Shown: piece by piece, positions 47,829 to 58,936 of the stretch
Numbering within the stretch: the first letter of the stretch is position 1
Layout of the letters: each line of letters begins with the position of its first letter
IMG/VR virus record: IMGVR_UViG_3300022924_000017
Location: 22,054-86,053 of that record
Length of the DNA stretch: 64,000 bases
Reading direction: 5' to 3' (one strand)
From: a virus
Lineage: Duplodnaviria > Heunggongvirae > Uroviricota > Caudoviricetes
Notes under the pieces: generated by a model
Database searches by the model: none
Told to the model about the DNA's origin: nothing
Seen by the model: only the letters and a program-made list of their open reading frames with translations
Translations under genes and position numbers: made by a program

Positions 47829-48263
47829 ATGGCAAAATCAACAGAATCACGATTGCTTGCGATTGAACGAAAAGTGCAGCGCGTAATCCGCAAGAGCATT
47901 CGCAACAATGAAACCGACTACCACGTTCAAATGAGCGTTTCTTCACTAGAGCCAGGTGTCGTTAAGTACTCGCTTAACATTCAGAACCTAGACGGTACGT
48001 TCGCGCCTATCACCTCTGTGCTGACTTCGCTAGATGACCTTGAGCTTGTCGCAAAAGAGCTTGAAAGCAAGATTGACCGCGACCTACTCGAGAAGAAATT
48101 CATCCAGTCACGTATCGACATCTTCGAAAAGCAACTAGAGGGTGCAAAGCAATCTCTCGCTGACCTTGAAGAACTTGGTTACGAAGGGCTACGCGAGCGT
48201 CAAACACTTGAGTTCAACGCGAAATACAAACAAGCTGAAGAAGACGAGGAAGTAGAGAGCTAA
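47829..48263 (+). CDS. coiled-coil hypothetical protein
   Basis: 144-aa ORF. Confidence 0.4.
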   Translation: MAKSTESRLLAIERKVQRVIRKSIRNNETDYHVQMSVSSLEPGVVKYSLNIQNLDGTFAPITSVLTSLDDLELVAKELESKIDRDLLEKKFIQSRIDIFEKQLEGAKQSLADLEELGYEGLRERQTLEFNAKYKQAEEDEEVES

Positions 48264-48302
48264 ACAGCCTCTGCCACCCGTCTCCAGCGGGCAGGAACGA
48301 TT

Positions 48303-48833
48303 ATGGGTAAAAAGTTAACAGGTAACCCACATATCATCAAAGACGGGGTTTGCACCCTGTTTTTGTTAGATAAAGACGGTAAGGTACGCGCTAAGACAAT
48401 CGTTGACGAAGATGACGCTGAGCGTGTCTTAAAACGTCGCTGGTTGGTCGGTAGAAGCGGGTACGCAATCACGGTGGTTGGTGAGAAACAAATCGGTCTA
48501 CACAATTTCATTATGAATAGTCAGATGATCGACCACAAAAGCGGCAACCGTTTTGATAACCGCAAGGTAAATCTGCGAAAGGTAACTCGACAGCAGAACG
48601 CGCAGAACGTTGCCATCGGTAAGCAGAATACTTCTGGCTACAAAGGAGTCTCTTGGGACTCACGCCTAAAGAAGTGGGCTGTGTTTATTCAAATCCCTGG
48701 TATGAAGATCAAGCGGGTTTGGGCAGATGACGACCCGATACAAGCCGCGTACATCTATGACCAGTGGGCTATGCAACTATTCGGTGAGTTCGCTCGCACC
48801 AACTTTCAGTACAACAACGAAAAAGAGACCTAG
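48303..48833 (+). CDS. HNH/AP2-domain homing endonuclease
   Basis: HNH core GLHNFIM...DHKSGNRFDNRKVNLR and AP2-like SGYKGVSWDSRLKKWAV. Confidence 0.6.
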   Translation: MGKKLTGNPHIIKDGVCTLFLLDKDGKVRAKTIVDEDDAERVLKRRWLVGRSGYAITVVGEKQIGLHNFIMNSQMIDHKSGNRFDNRKVNLRKVTRQQNAQNVAIGKQNTSGYKGVSWDSRLKKWAVFIQIPGMKIKRVWADDDPIQAAYIYDQWAMQLFGEFARTNFQYNNEKET

Positions 48834-48905
48834 CCATCCACGGTAAGTCTCTCTTTCGATACGTCGCTCAGGTTTTTACCTACGCGTACGCTAATTGTAA
48901 CTCGA

Positions 48906-49640
48906 CTATTTTACTTCTGCAATAGCTTTGTCGTGAATGTTCATAATGATTGACACGTTGTCAAACCAGAACAGTTGCGCTCGGAAGATACCACCCGTAG
49001 CTTTGAAGTTATTGTAGAAACGGTCGTGTGAGAATCCTGGTGTACCAAGAGCTGAAAGATACGCTCGGATCATCTTACCTTGAATGAAGATAGGGTTGAT
49101 ACGTGCAATGTCTTCGATTTGTTGTACACGGTCTTCGATAGTTTCGTGGTCGAAGTCAGCAAGTTGGCCTAGCTTGAAGCGTCGGTTTTTACCTGATGAT
49201 TCCCCGCCAACGATAATCGCTAGAAGAATTGTTGGTGTTAACCAAGTGTGGTTTTCTAGAATGTCTGCAAAGTTCTTGTAAGTCTGTGAACCTTGTGAGA
49301 CGTAGAGGTGTAGGTAGTCCATGAGGTTCCAAGTCTTAGATGTGATGTTCATCTGTAGAGCGTCAGAAACTGTGAGACCTGGGCGCATAATGTAAGCAAC
49401 TGGGATGCCTGCTGTTTCGGCAGCTTGTAGACGGTGTTGACCATCAATGACTTCCATCTTTTCGTTTACAGTAATAGGTGAGATTTCTGTAATGTTAGTT
49501 GGTTTACCTTTTGCGTCTGGTTGTTCGATTTGCGCGATAAGACGCTTAACGTGCTTTTGGTCAACGTTTCGGTTACCACCAAGCACCTTAAATTGTTCGT
49601 AGTCTGTTGTAGACTGAACTTGATTTGTTGTTCGTGACAT
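48906..49640 (-). CDS. ParB-like nuclease domain protein
   Basis: EISPITVNEKMEVIDGQHRLQAAETAGIPVAYIM ParB N-domain motif. Confidence 0.55.
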   Translation of the reverse strand: MSRTTNQVQSTTDYEQFKVLGGNRNVDQKHVKRLIAQIEQPDAKGKPTNITEISPITVNEKMEVIDGQHRLQAAETAGIPVAYIMRPGLTVSDALQMNITSKTWNLMDYLHLYVSQGSQTYKNFADILENHTWLTPTILLAIIVGGESSGKNRRFKLGQLADFDHETIEDRVQQIEDIARINPIFIQGKMIRAYLSALGTPGFSHDRFYNNFKATGGIFRAQLFWFDNVSIIMNIHDKAIAEVK

Positions 49641-49720
49641 ATTGTCTCCTTGCTGAAAGCAATTTTATATTCTTCTTCTTATACACCGTAGTTTAGAGAC
49701 ATACCGCTCAGGTCATTTTG

Positions 49721-50134
49721 CTACTCTAATGTTCGAGTTCGTGGTCGTACGTAGCCTGGTCGTTTACCAGTACCAAGTCGAATATCTGCTGAACGAGCTG
49801 CTGGTTTATAAAACTTGTAGGTGTAATCTTCACCTTCAACTTTTACGTACTTGCCGCGTGGCGCAATACCGCTCTTAGCAAAACGAATTGAACGTAGTGT
49901 GTGGTTAGTCTTACCGTTTCGGGTCATAGACTTTAAGTAACCAACGCCTAGGTGTTCTTTTGTTGCTACTGGTTCAAACTTGACAATGCCTTCTTCTGGG
50001 TCGAAAAGAATCTTTGCGAACTCGAAGTCTGGTTTGTCTTGTCCGAAGTAAAAACCGTCAACTGTGTGACTGACGATATTCTCATCGTGCGATTTAGGGT
50101 CTCGCTTCCCGACTGTAAACTCAGTTAGTGCCAT
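49721..50134 (-). CDS. hypothetical protein
   Basis: 137-aa ORF. Confidence 0.35.
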   Translation of the reverse strand: MALTEFTVGKRDPKSHDENIVSHTVDGFYFGQDKPDFEFAKILFDPEEGIVKFEPVATKEHLGVGYLKSMTRNGKTNHTLRSIRFAKSGIAPRGKYVKVEGEDYTYKFYKPAARSADIRLGTGKRPGYVRPRTRTLE

Positions 50135-50502
50135 TATGTATTCACCTCTTTCTTGAGTTGTTTATTGGTTTCTCGCAGAACTGCAGCCTGTTGCATTTTC
50201 TCTGCGTGTTTCTGTGTGTATAGCTTAGTGCCGAATGGTAACTTGTGTTTAGCAAGATACTGGGTTCGGTTTAGCTTATGCACACGAGATACATGTAACA
50301 TCAAGTTAGTCTCAGACTTGAAGTCACACTTTTTTTCTAGACAGTAGGTGTTGTCTGCCGCTTGTTGCCAAGCATTGCGACCACCTTGCCTATACATTCG
50401 TGTAATCTGTGATTGAAAACTTGTGATAACACACCTCCTGTGAACTACCGATATTTTAATGTACACACCTATCGTACCACCCATAAAACGAGGTGTCAAC
50501 AC
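50134..50502 (-). CDS. hypothetical basic protein
   Basis: 122-aa ORF. Confidence 0.3.
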   Translation of the reverse strand: MLTPRFMGGTIGVYIKISVVHRRCVITSFQSQITRMYRQGGRNAWQQAADNTYCLEKKCDFKSETNLMLHVSRVHKLNRTQYLAKHKLPFGTKLYTQKHAEKMQQAAVLRETNKQLKKEVNT

Positions 50503-50610
50503 ATTTTTACCACCATTTTCACCACGAACGTGCCGCCTCTCCGTAACCCCTGTTTTTCACCTTTATATATACTAGATATAGATAAACAAGATATAGAAAG
50601 AGACGACAAC

Positions 50611-50904
50611 ATGTCCGTGACTAACCCACAATTACTCTTAAAACTTAGCAAGAATAAGTTTTACAAGTTGACAAAAGCAGAACAGGAAATCTTAGACGAT
50701 TTTTTAGCGAAAAACTCGGAAAGCGATACGACGAACTCTCCGAAGACGAAATCACGCAAGCTCGCAAAGACTACCCCTGCAACTGTCAGCACAACCCCTG
50801 ATGAAACACCTACGTTCACACGCAACTACTTCGAACGCGAAACTGGCGAAATCCCAGAAGAAGATGTAGTGAATCTGCGAGATGACGACAATGCAGGTAA
50901 ATAA
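50611..50904 (+). CDS. hypothetical protein
   Basis: start moved to the internal ATG (MSVTNPQ); about 97 aa. Confidence 0.35.
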   Translation: MSVTNPQLLLKLSKNKFYKLTKAEQEILDDFLAKNSESDTTNSPKTKSRKLAKTTPATVSTTPDETPTFTRNYFERETGEIPEEDVVNLRDDDNAGK

Positions 50905-51130
50905 CTTCCACGAAATTCGTTGCCCATACGAGAAGCTATCTCGAACTAACGGTCAAAACTACAAATGTAACTCACTTTGTGTAAAAGTATCTGACGGCTC
51001 AGCTGGTGAAGCTCGATGCCGCAAATGCTACGCTAACTTCATCTTTAGCGTTGTAGACGGTAACGTGCAAACTCAGACTATTCAACAGGTCGTAAGCGCG
51101 AACCACACTAAGAAATAAGTAGACCTATAG

Positions 51131-53659
51131 ATGAAGATCGTCCGACCAGACAAGCTCCGCACTATGAAGCAGACTATCAAGCGTATTCACTACGCTACTG
51201 CTTTCTATTCCGAAACAGCGGTCGACTCAGTAGAATACTACGAGCAAGGTACTGACGCTCCGACAATCATCTCAAGCAATATCACCACTGCTGGCTCATT
51301 CAACTCTGCAGTTGGGTCACGAAATGTGCTTAAAATACACGGTATTGTTGACCAAACAGAAGGATTGAGCGCAGACTCAGCACTTTTGGTGCAAAAAGAG
51401 ACTCTTGCGGTCATTTATAACGGTGACTTTCAATCTACGGATACTTGGGATACCTCAACCGTCGCTGGTTGGTACCTAAAAAACGAAGGGGGCTCAAGTC
51501 TCGCTTCAATCTCAACAGCAGAACACCACAGCGGTACGAAATCACTGCAATTACACGTTGACGAAGACGATAATTATGTTTCAGCTGGTGTATCTGACGC
51601 TCTCGACACAGCAAACATCATACGGCTTACACCTGAAGGTCTATACACCTTCTCTTTCTGGCACAAATCTACCGAAGAGGGGGTTTTGAACCTCGTTCTT
51701 ACAATGCAACGAGCAAATGGGGATACAGTTTACCTGCAAGCAGATGGTACTTGGGGTGACACACCTAACATCGCTATCTCAACAAGCGATACCTGGACTA
51801 AATATACGATCAACTTCGAAGCTCAAGACCGAGTTCGACTAATGCAATCACCACTTATGGATCTTTACTTGCAAACTGGTAACGGTTCTGCGGGTATCGA
51901 CTACTTCTTAGATGACGTGGTTCTTGACCCACAGGTAGCAAACAACGCTGACCTGGCTTACTTCGACCGTTTTATCCTTCACCGTGGGGAAGTAACGAAG
52001 GTTGAAAAAGACGAAGACGCACCTAGCACTACAATCACCATTGATGACGCTATCGTTGTCGCGGCTTCAACTCCGTACGGTGGCCTTAACATTGATTACC
52101 CAGTGACAATCGAGGGTCTGATTAACGCAATCGCAACGTCAGTTATTACAAATGGTAGCGCGGTTTATCCAGACAACCTACCAAATCTCGACTACTCACT
52201 CCCATCAGATGCCTTCGCAAACATTCAGAACTATATGGTTCGTGACTTCATCGCGGACATCGCAGAAGCGACAGGGTCAACTGCTCGAATTACACCTCAA
52301 AATCAGCTCGAGTTTACCCCAATCACCATGAACCCAGTCGACACACTCGACCACAGCACCCTTAGTAAGCTCAAAGTTATCGCTACAACTGGTAGGGTCA
52401 ATCAATTGTCACTATCTCGTCAACCACAAGATGACAACATCGTAGAAACTAACGAAGTATCAGCAGTCGCAGACGGTTTGACTACATACCGTATCGTAAA
52501 CAACTGGATTATGGACCCGAACCGAGCCGCTTTCATTGTCGACCTATTCAATGACGTATATGACGGTGTTGAATACTACACAGGTAGAGCAGAAACAATC
52601 GGGCTATGTGCTTATGACGTAGGTGATGTAATCATCATGGACAACGGTGGCGACGAATACAATATGTTCATCAACGAAATCGACCTAGTCATGGAAGGTG
52701 GTAGCATCAAAGAAATTCTCGTCTCAGTTCCATTTGACGACGGTACGACAAACCAACAAACTGCTGGTAATGTCTTGACTACGCTTTACAACACAAAGAT
52801 TCAGGTAGACCACCAAAACAACAGCATCACCTCTCTCGTGGCTGAGTACACATCATTTGCAAACGAAACTACTTCGCAATTTACTCAGGTGCTTCAAACT
52901 CTCGAAAACATCACATCAACGATTCAATCGACTGGTGGCGGTAACTTAATCCAAAACTCTGTTGGCTTCTCTCGCGAAGGTACAGCCCTATCTCACTGGA
53001 TCGAATCTGGTACGGGTACACTTAGCTCTCAAGACGCTCCATCTTCACTCGCATACGGTGCGGTATCAGGTCACTCTATTATGCTTACAGGCAGCAGCAA
53101 GAAAATAAGCCAGCGCGTACCAGTTACGCTTGGTGGTGAGTATTCATTCTCAGTCTACGCAAGCAAAACAACTGCAGGTAATGCTCATATCCGTCTTTCA
53201 AACTCAGTAGACAGCTACGAATTTGACCTACTTTCAGGGCAAATCTACACTTGGACTTTCTTCTACACGGAAGGTATAATAGCTTCAGACGTATACTTCG
53301 ACATCGAAATCGAGTCAGACGGTGCGTCCGCATTTTACATTACTGACCCAATGCTCGTGACTGGTGTATATCGTCAGGTTTGGTCTCAGTTTAACGGTGA
53401 AATCCTTAACACGAGTGTCCAGATCGACACACGCGGTATTCGGGTATACTCAGATGAGAACGTTGGTTCATACACAATGATGACACCAAGCGAGTTCGCC
53501 TCATACGACTCAAACAACGAAGTCGCGTTCCGAGCTAACAACGACACTATCGAAATGAACAATATGCTTGTAAATGGTGATACATATTACCAAAACTCGC
53601 GAGTATTCATTCGACAGGACAGCGACGGTCTATCATATTACATTAGAGACCCAGCATAG
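51131..53659 (+). CDS. tail fibre / receptor-binding protein with carbohydrate-binding-module-like domains
   Basis: 842 aa, Ser/Thr/Asn-rich beta-type composition; first gene of the late fibre operon. Confidence 0.5.
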   Translation: MKIVRPDKLRTMKQTIKRIHYATAFYSETAVDSVEYYEQGTDAPTIISSNITTAGSFNSAVGSRNVLKIHGIVDQTEGLSADSALLVQKETLAVIYNGDFQSTDTWDTSTVAGWYLKNEGGSSLASISTAEHHSGTKSLQLHVDEDDNYVSAGVSDALDTANIIRLTPEGLYTFSFWHKSTEEGVLNLVLTMQRANGDTVYLQADGTWGDTPNIAISTSDTWTKYTINFEAQDRVRLMQSPLMDLYLQTGNGSAGIDYFLDDVVLDPQVANNADLAYFDRFILHRGEVTKVEKDEDAPSTTITIDDAIVVAASTPYGGLNIDYPVTIEGLINAIATSVITNGSAVYPDNLPNLDYSLPSDAFANIQNYMVRDFIADIAEATGSTARITPQNQLEFTPITMNPVDTLDHSTLSKLKVIATTGRVNQLSLSRQPQDDNIVETNEVSAVADGLTTYRIVNNWIMDPNRAAFIVDLFNDVYDGVEYYTGRAETIGLCAYDVGDVIIMDNGGDEYNMFINEIDLVMEGGSIKEILVSVPFDDGTTNQQTAGNVLTTLYNTKIQVDHQNNSITSLVAEYTSFANETTSQFTQVLQTLENITSTIQSTGGGNLIQNSVGFSREGTALSHWIESGTGTLSSQDAPSSLAYGAVSGHSIMLTGSSKKISQRVPVTLGGEYSFSVYASKTTAGNAHIRLSNSVDSYEFDLLSGQIYTWTFFYTEGIIASDVYFDIEIESDGASAFYITDPMLVTGVYRQVWSQFNGEILNTSVQIDTRGIRVYSDENVGSYTMMTPSEFASYDSNNEVAFRANNDTIEMNNMLVNGDTYYQNSRVFIRQDSDGLSYYIRDPA

Positions 53660-53679
53660 AAATAAACAGGTATATATAA

Positions 53680-56600
53680 ATGGCAGGTTCATCAACTCAA
53701 CGAAATGGCTCAGGTTCTTTTGCGAACTGGGGTCTTCGTATTGTCTGGAGTTCTTATGTCGACGTACCAAACAACCGCTCACGTGTTGACGCAACCCTCC
53801 AGCTGATTATCCCTGGTGGTGCCTCAATCGCCGCTACAGAGTCTGGTGCAATCAACATCAACGGTCAGTCATTCGGTTTCTCTCGTGGCTCAACTACCCG
53901 TGGTGCAGGTACGCATAACCTCTACTCTTACTCAACTTGGGTGCCGCACAATGGTGACGGTACAAAAGGTATCTACATCGGTGGTTCATTCAGCTCTGGT
54001 TGGTCATTCTATAACAACTCGGGTGGTCCACGCGATGTCGGTGGTAACTTCGGTCTTGATAATATCCCACGTAACCCTAACATTCAGGGTGCTTCTGACT
54101 TCAATGACGAGGGTACCCCTAGCGTCTCTTACGCAAACCCAGCAGGGAACACTGTTACTGGGTTCTTTATGCTACCAAACATTACTGGTGGTACTCAATA
54201 CGCATGGCGAAACTTCGGTGCGAACGGTGGTCAAACGTATAACTGGTCACTAAGTGCTGGTGAACGCAATGCAATCCGACAAGCAATGGCTAATACTGCA
54301 TCGACAACTGTCCGCTACTACATCGGTAACGGTCTTGGGTCTGACCAAACCGTCGACCGAACCGTCTCTATCGTGGGTGGTGAACCTACATTTAGCACAT
54401 TCGGCTACTACGACAACAACCCTGATACGGTTGAAATCACAGGTAACGATCAATACTTAATCCAGAGCTACTCAGAACCACACATTACAATCGAGTACCC
54501 GTCTCAAGCAGCCACAGCGAACAAATACGCTACAATGAACTCATACCTTGCGGTTACCCCTTGGAACTCAGTCAACATACCCTTTGACGACGAAGACATC
54601 GACGTTGGTGTAGACATCGCTAACTACGGTGACAACTTCAACTTTCAAGTAAGCGCAAAAGACTCACGTGGTAAAATGACCCTCGCAAGCAAAACTGCGA
54701 ACCTATTACCATACAACTCACCTATCTTGAACATTGGTGTTGAACGTATCGACTCTGGTGAAGGCGACTTTGACGCAATTCAAATGCAAATCGGTGGTCG
54801 TTTCTCACCTCTAACTGTTGGTGGATCACCTAAGAATGCGGTAAACGCTTCAAACGGTGTATCATACCGCGCTCGAAACCTCACATCTGCGGGTGAATGG
54901 GGTGCTTGGGACAACGTGGATAATACCAGCGATGCTTCGGGTAACGTAACTGTACCAGACTTCACGGCTACTACTTTCGCTGCGGGTGAAACTACATACG
55001 CAGAAGCAAACACATATCAAATCGAAGTGAAGATGACTGATAAGCTCGAAACAAAGTCTTACTTCTTCACCCTAGAACGATCAATCCCTCTATTCAAAAT
55101 CGGTAACGATGACGTTATTTATTACAAGGGTATCGCAATGGACGACTACATTGTATCTGTCGCCCCTGAAGGCCCATCTGGTGCAACTGGTTCTCAAGGT
55201 GCAACTGGGGTCGGTCCAACTGGTCCCCAAGGTCAACTCGGTAACACTGGGGCTACAGGTCCAGCTGGTGTCCGTGGTTTCACGGGTGTAACTGGTGTAC
55301 GTGGATTTACAGGTGTCACAGGTGCTACTGGTGTCGGTGAAACTGGGCCAACTGGTGCGACTGGTATCCAGGGCCCGAGCGGTGCAACAGGTGTCGAAGG
55401 GCCAACAGGTCCTCTCGGTTTCACTGGTGTTACTGGTCCATCGAACTATGACGTATGGGTAGCTCAAGGTGGTGTCGGTGGTACTGGTGCGTTCTTGATT
55501 ACAGCTCGCGGTGCTACTGGTGCGGTTGGTAACACGGGTACTTCTGGTCTAACTGGTGCAACAGGTATTCAAGGTCAAACAGGGCCACGAGGGTTCACTG
55601 GCGCAAATGGTAATACTGGTGCTACAGGTACTGGTATTCAAATCGTTGGTACGGTTCCTACTGCTTCTAGCCTTCCTGGTTCAGGTGCAGACGGTGACGT
55701 ATACATTGCTACTGATACTGGTCACGGTTGGACATATAACGGCACAACTTGGGTTGACATCGGCCCACTAACAGGGCCAACAGGTCCTGCAGGTGCTACT
55801 GGTGCTGGTCGAACTGGTGCTACTGGTATTCAAGGTGTACAAGGGTTCACAGGGCCAATCGGTCACTCAGGTCCAACAGGGCCAATGGGTGCTTCTGGTG
55901 TCGGTGTTCGTATTCTTGGTACGGTCGCAACCGTAGAAGACCTACCTGACGATGCCGCTATCGGTGACGGTTGGATGGTTGATGGCGAGCTTTATATCTG
56001 GGACGGTGACAGCTGGGAATCTGTGGGACGCATTATGGGTCCTACTGGTGCTACAGGTGTTCGCGGTTCAACAGGTGTTCAGGGTCCTTCAGGTCCTTCA
56101 GGTGCTTCTGGCCCTCTTGGTTTCACAGGAGCAACTGGCCCTATGGGTCGGGGTGTTACGGTTAAGGGTACAGTTATCGTAGAGTTCGACCTTTACGGTA
56201 TCCCTTCCCCAGCAACAGGTGACATCTACATTGTAGAAAACCCTGACCACGACGCTTGGATTTGGAACGGTGTAGTCTGGGAAAACCTAGGTCCTATAAC
56301 CGTTGGTGCAACTGGTACTCCTGGTGCTCCTGGTTCGCCAGGTGGTGCCACGGGCCCTCGTGGTTTCACTGGGGTTCAAGGTCCGACTGGTCCACAAGGT
56401 GCGACAGGTTCAGGTGCTACAGGTACCCCAGGGCCAACAGGTGCCACAGGCCCAGTAGGGGCAACGGGTACGCCAGGTTCAATCGGTACAATCGGTCAAA
56501 CTGGTCCTTCTGGTGCCGCTGGTAATACTGGTGCAACAGGGGCAGCGGTCGGGTTCAGAATGTCTTACATTGGGGACTCATCAACAGACCTAGACCCTAC

Positions 56601-57549
56601 ATCAGGTAAGTTCTCAGCTGACGCGGCTGCATTCGCTTCAGTTACTAAACTTCGCCTCGACACACTCGACTTCTCAGGTCAAGACCGAACTTCACTATAT
56701 GAACTTATTGACACCTCACTGGTTTCGCCAAAGGGATACTTCTACGCAACACGAAGCACTGGGTCATTCCAGACAAATGTGTTCGCAATTGACGACGTTC
56801 AAAATATGGGTGGTTGGTATAGCTTTGCGGTTACTCCAATATCAGGTACAGCTCTTTCAACAAACGACTATACCTTCATCTATATCCCTAACTCAGCAGA
56901 AGGCCCTCCAGGGCCAGTCGGTGCAACGGGTATCCGTGGTCTTAGCGGTGTCCCAGGATCAACAGGGCCACAGGGTTCTCCTGGTGGTGCTACTGGTCCA
57001 ACAGGGCCAGCTGGTGCGACTGGTGCAATCGGTCAAACTGGTATTCGTGGGTTCACGGGTGTACAAGGTTTCACTGGTTCTGGTGCAACAGGTCCGCAAG
57101 GTATTCAAGGTCCTCCAGGTGCGACTGGTACAGCTGGTTTAGCTGGTTCTACTGGTCCGCAAGGTGCAACGGGTGTCGGTGCTACTGGTGCGACAGGGCC
57201 TGCTGGTTCAAATGTCGTAGCGGCTAAGGGTGACTTAATCGTAGGTGACGCAACTGCAACACCTCAACCATTCAGTGTGGGTATAAACGGTCACGTTCTA
57301 ACTGCAGACTCAGCTCAGCCACTCGGTGTGAAATGGGCACCACCTTCAGGTGGCGGGGGCGGTGGTGGTTCACTCGGTGAAATTCGTCACGCTCAAGCGA
57401 CTATTTATGACTATATGGGTACAGCGCCAATCTCAACTTCAGAGTCTGATCCAGTTTGGTCACTCACTCGATTAACATTAACTTCACCAGTATTAGTTGA
57501 AGTAGCATACGATTCCTGGGATAACCGTGCTACAGCAACGTACTCATAG
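53680..57549 (+). CDS. collagen-like repeat tail fibre protein
   Basis: 1289 aa; long uninterrupted runs of Gly-X-Y triplets ([30 protein letters not shown]...) from about aa 490 to 1180, flanked by globular N- and C-terminal domains. Confidence 0.8.
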   Translation: MAGSSTQRNGSGSFANWGLRIVWSSYVDVPNNRSRVDATLQLIIPGGASIAATESGAININGQSFGFSRGSTTRGAGTHNLYSYSTWVPHNGDGTKGIYIGGSFSSGWSFYNNSGGPRDVGGNFGLDNIPRNPNIQGASDFNDEGTPSVSYANPAGNTVTGFFMLPNITGGTQYAWRNFGANGGQTYNWSLSAGERNAIRQAMANTASTTVRYYIGNGLGSDQTVDRTVSIVGGEPTFSTFGYYDNNPDTVEITGNDQYLIQSYSEPHITIEYPSQAATANKYATMNSYLAVTPWNSVNIPFDDEDIDVGVDIANYGDNFNFQVSAKDSRGKMTLASKTANLLPYNSPILNIGVERIDSGEGDFDAIQMQIGGRFSPLTVGGSPKNAVNASNGVSYRARNLTSAGEWGAWDNVDNTSDASGNVTVPDFTATTFAAGETTYAEANTYQIEVKMTDKLETKSYFFTLERSIPLFKIGNDDVIYYKGIAMDDYIVSVAPEGPSGATGSQGATGVGPTGPQGQLGNTGATGPAGVRGFTGVTGVRGFTGVTGATGVGETGPTGATGIQGPSGATGVEGPTGPLGFTGVTGPSNYDVWVAQGGVGGTGAFLITARGATGAVGNTGTSGLTGATGIQGQTGPRGFTGANGNTGATGTGIQIVGTVPTASSLPGSGADGDVYIATDTGHGWTYNGTTWVDIGPLTGPTGPAGATGAGRTGATGIQGVQGFTGPIGHSGPTGPMGASGVGVRILGTVATVEDLPDDAAIGDGWMVDGELYIWDGDSWESVGRIMGPTGATGVRGSTGVQGPSGPSGASGPLGFTGATGPMGRGVTVKGTVIVEFDLYGIPSPATGDIYIVENPDHDAWIWNGVVWENLGPITVGATGTPGAPGSPGGATGPRGFTGVQGPTGPQGATGSGATGTPGPTGATGPVGATGTPGSIGTIGQTGPSGAAGNTGATGAAVGFRMSYIGDSSTDLDPTSGKFSADAAAFASVTKLRLDTLDFSGQDRTSLYELIDTSLVSPKGYFYATRSTGSFQTNVFAIDDVQNMGGWYSFAVTPISGTALSTNDYTFIYIPNSAEGPPGPVGATGIRGLSGVPGSTGPQGSPGGATGPTGPAGATGAIGQTGIRGFTGVQGFTGSGATGPQGIQGPPGATGTAGLAGSTGPQGATGVGATGATGPAGSNVVAAKGDLIVGDATATPQPFSVGINGHVLTADSAQPLGVKWAPPSGGGGGGGSLGEIRHAQATIYDYMGTAPISTSESDPVWSLTRLTLTSPVLVEVAYDSWDNRATATYS

Positions 57550-57563
57550 GTATAATAGAATAA

Positions 57564-58931
57564 ATGGCTAACATTTCTTCAGGTGCAAACGGTCCTTGGT
57601 CTTCACCCTCTACATGGACGGGTGGGGTTGTTCCTGGCGCGGCTGACAACGTAACTATTGCAAACCACACAGTTACAATCGACCAAAATGTGACCTGTAC
57701 CAACTTCACCACGCAATCAAGCGGGTACGTTCAATTTGTCGGCACGACAAGCTACACGTTCACTTCAACGGGTACTACTACTATGGCCGCTGGTGCTGGT
57801 GCTATGTTCTGGACTGAGGGTTCATATAATGCGAACAGTTCTCTTATTTTCAACGCGGTTGTCATACAAGCTAAGACCTCAACTGGTACGACATACAACG
57901 GCTTTACTCGACTTATGGCAGGGTCTACTGGCACCTTAAATATCACAATGCAATCATTTGTCGGTGACAGCAACCAATCTGGTGCGAACCCAGCAATTAT
58001 ATGGACTAGTGGCGTAAGCTCAATTGATATTCTGCCTGGGGTAATCATCACTTGCTGGTCATGGACGATGAACTTCAGCCCAGTCTTCTACAGTAACGCA
58101 TCTACAGGCACTCCAGCATTCTTCATTATCAACACTAATGACCAGCCTATCAGTGTTGGTGGGTACTTTATTCACACTTCACAGAGTGGCGGTCGTCGAT
58201 ATGTAACTGTCAACGGTGACTTTATCATCAATAGCACGAACACGTCTGCGGGCATCAATATGACGAGCACTGAAGCAGAAGTAATTATTAACGGAGACTT
58301 TATCCGAACTAATACAGCGGGTATTGTATACGGGGGCTCTCTCGTCGGTTCGACAACTATCTTCAACGGGAATATCGAGCAAACGGGTTCAAACACTGGT
58401 GGCACAATGGTTAGCGCAAGCCAATGGGAAGTTACAATCAACGGAGACGTTATCGCTCGCTCAACTACGACAAATGCGGGTATAGTAAGCTCTACTGGGG
58501 CAACGTTCTTCCTATCGGGTAACGCCATTTCTGAGGGAACCGCTTCGGCATTCTACCTAACCAACACAGCAAAAGTAATTGTTGGTACTGCTAACGCTGG
58601 GGTCACCCACAGATTAGAGTCCCTAGGTACTGGTTTAGCGGTATGGGGACAGATGATTATGACATCAGGGAACACTTACGAAATCACTCAGCGTCACGTA
58701 GATGGTTCGCTACTACATCTCACCGAACACGGTGCGGGGCCAACTACAGCGAATGTTCGAGAAGGTGCGACTTATGCAATCGGTGACAACACAGGCGATC
58801 TAAAGATGCCAATGCCACATTCTGTACGAGCTGGCGTGACATACGATGATACAAGCGTGGGTACTGCATTAGCAGATAACAACGACCTAGCAAATATAAC
58901 GGGTGGTCAAATAGCCACATTAAGCGAGTAA
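57564..58931 (+). CDS. tail fibre/spike protein, paralog A (predicted beta-helix)
   Basis: N-terminus MANISSGANGPWSSPSTWTGGVVPGAADNVTIANHTVTIDQNV and C-terminus ...ITGGQIATLSE shared with the next gene. Confidence 0.55.
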   Translation: MANISSGANGPWSSPSTWTGGVVPGAADNVTIANHTVTIDQNVTCTNFTTQSSGYVQFVGTTSYTFTSTGTTTMAAGAGAMFWTEGSYNANSSLIFNAVVIQAKTSTGTTYNGFTRLMAGSTGTLNITMQSFVGDSNQSGANPAIIWTSGVSSIDILPGVIITCWSWTMNFSPVFYSNASTGTPAFFIINTNDQPISVGGYFIHTSQSGGRRYVTVNGDFIINSTNTSAGINMTSTEAEVIINGDFIRTNTAGIVYGGSLVGSTTIFNGNIEQTGSNTGGTMVSASQWEVTINGDVIARSTTTNAGIVSSTGATFFLSGNAISEGTASAFYLTNTAKVIVGTANAGVTHRLESLGTGLAVWGQMIMTSGNTYEITQRHVDGSLLHLTEHGAGPTTANVREGATYAIGDNTGDLKMPMPHSVRAGVTYDDTSVGTALADNNDLANITGGQIATLSE

Positions 58932-58936
58932 TATAA

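Noticed and set aside
55100-57200. Highly repetitive DNA (GGTGCTACTGGT-type units) considered as a CRISPR array or VNTR
   Set aside because: The repeats are irregular 9-nt multiples encoding Gly-X-Y in one long ORF, with no spacer/repeat architecture. This is coding collagen-like sequence. Alternative-frame ORFs here (for example 55233-55424, 56256-56525) are artefacts.
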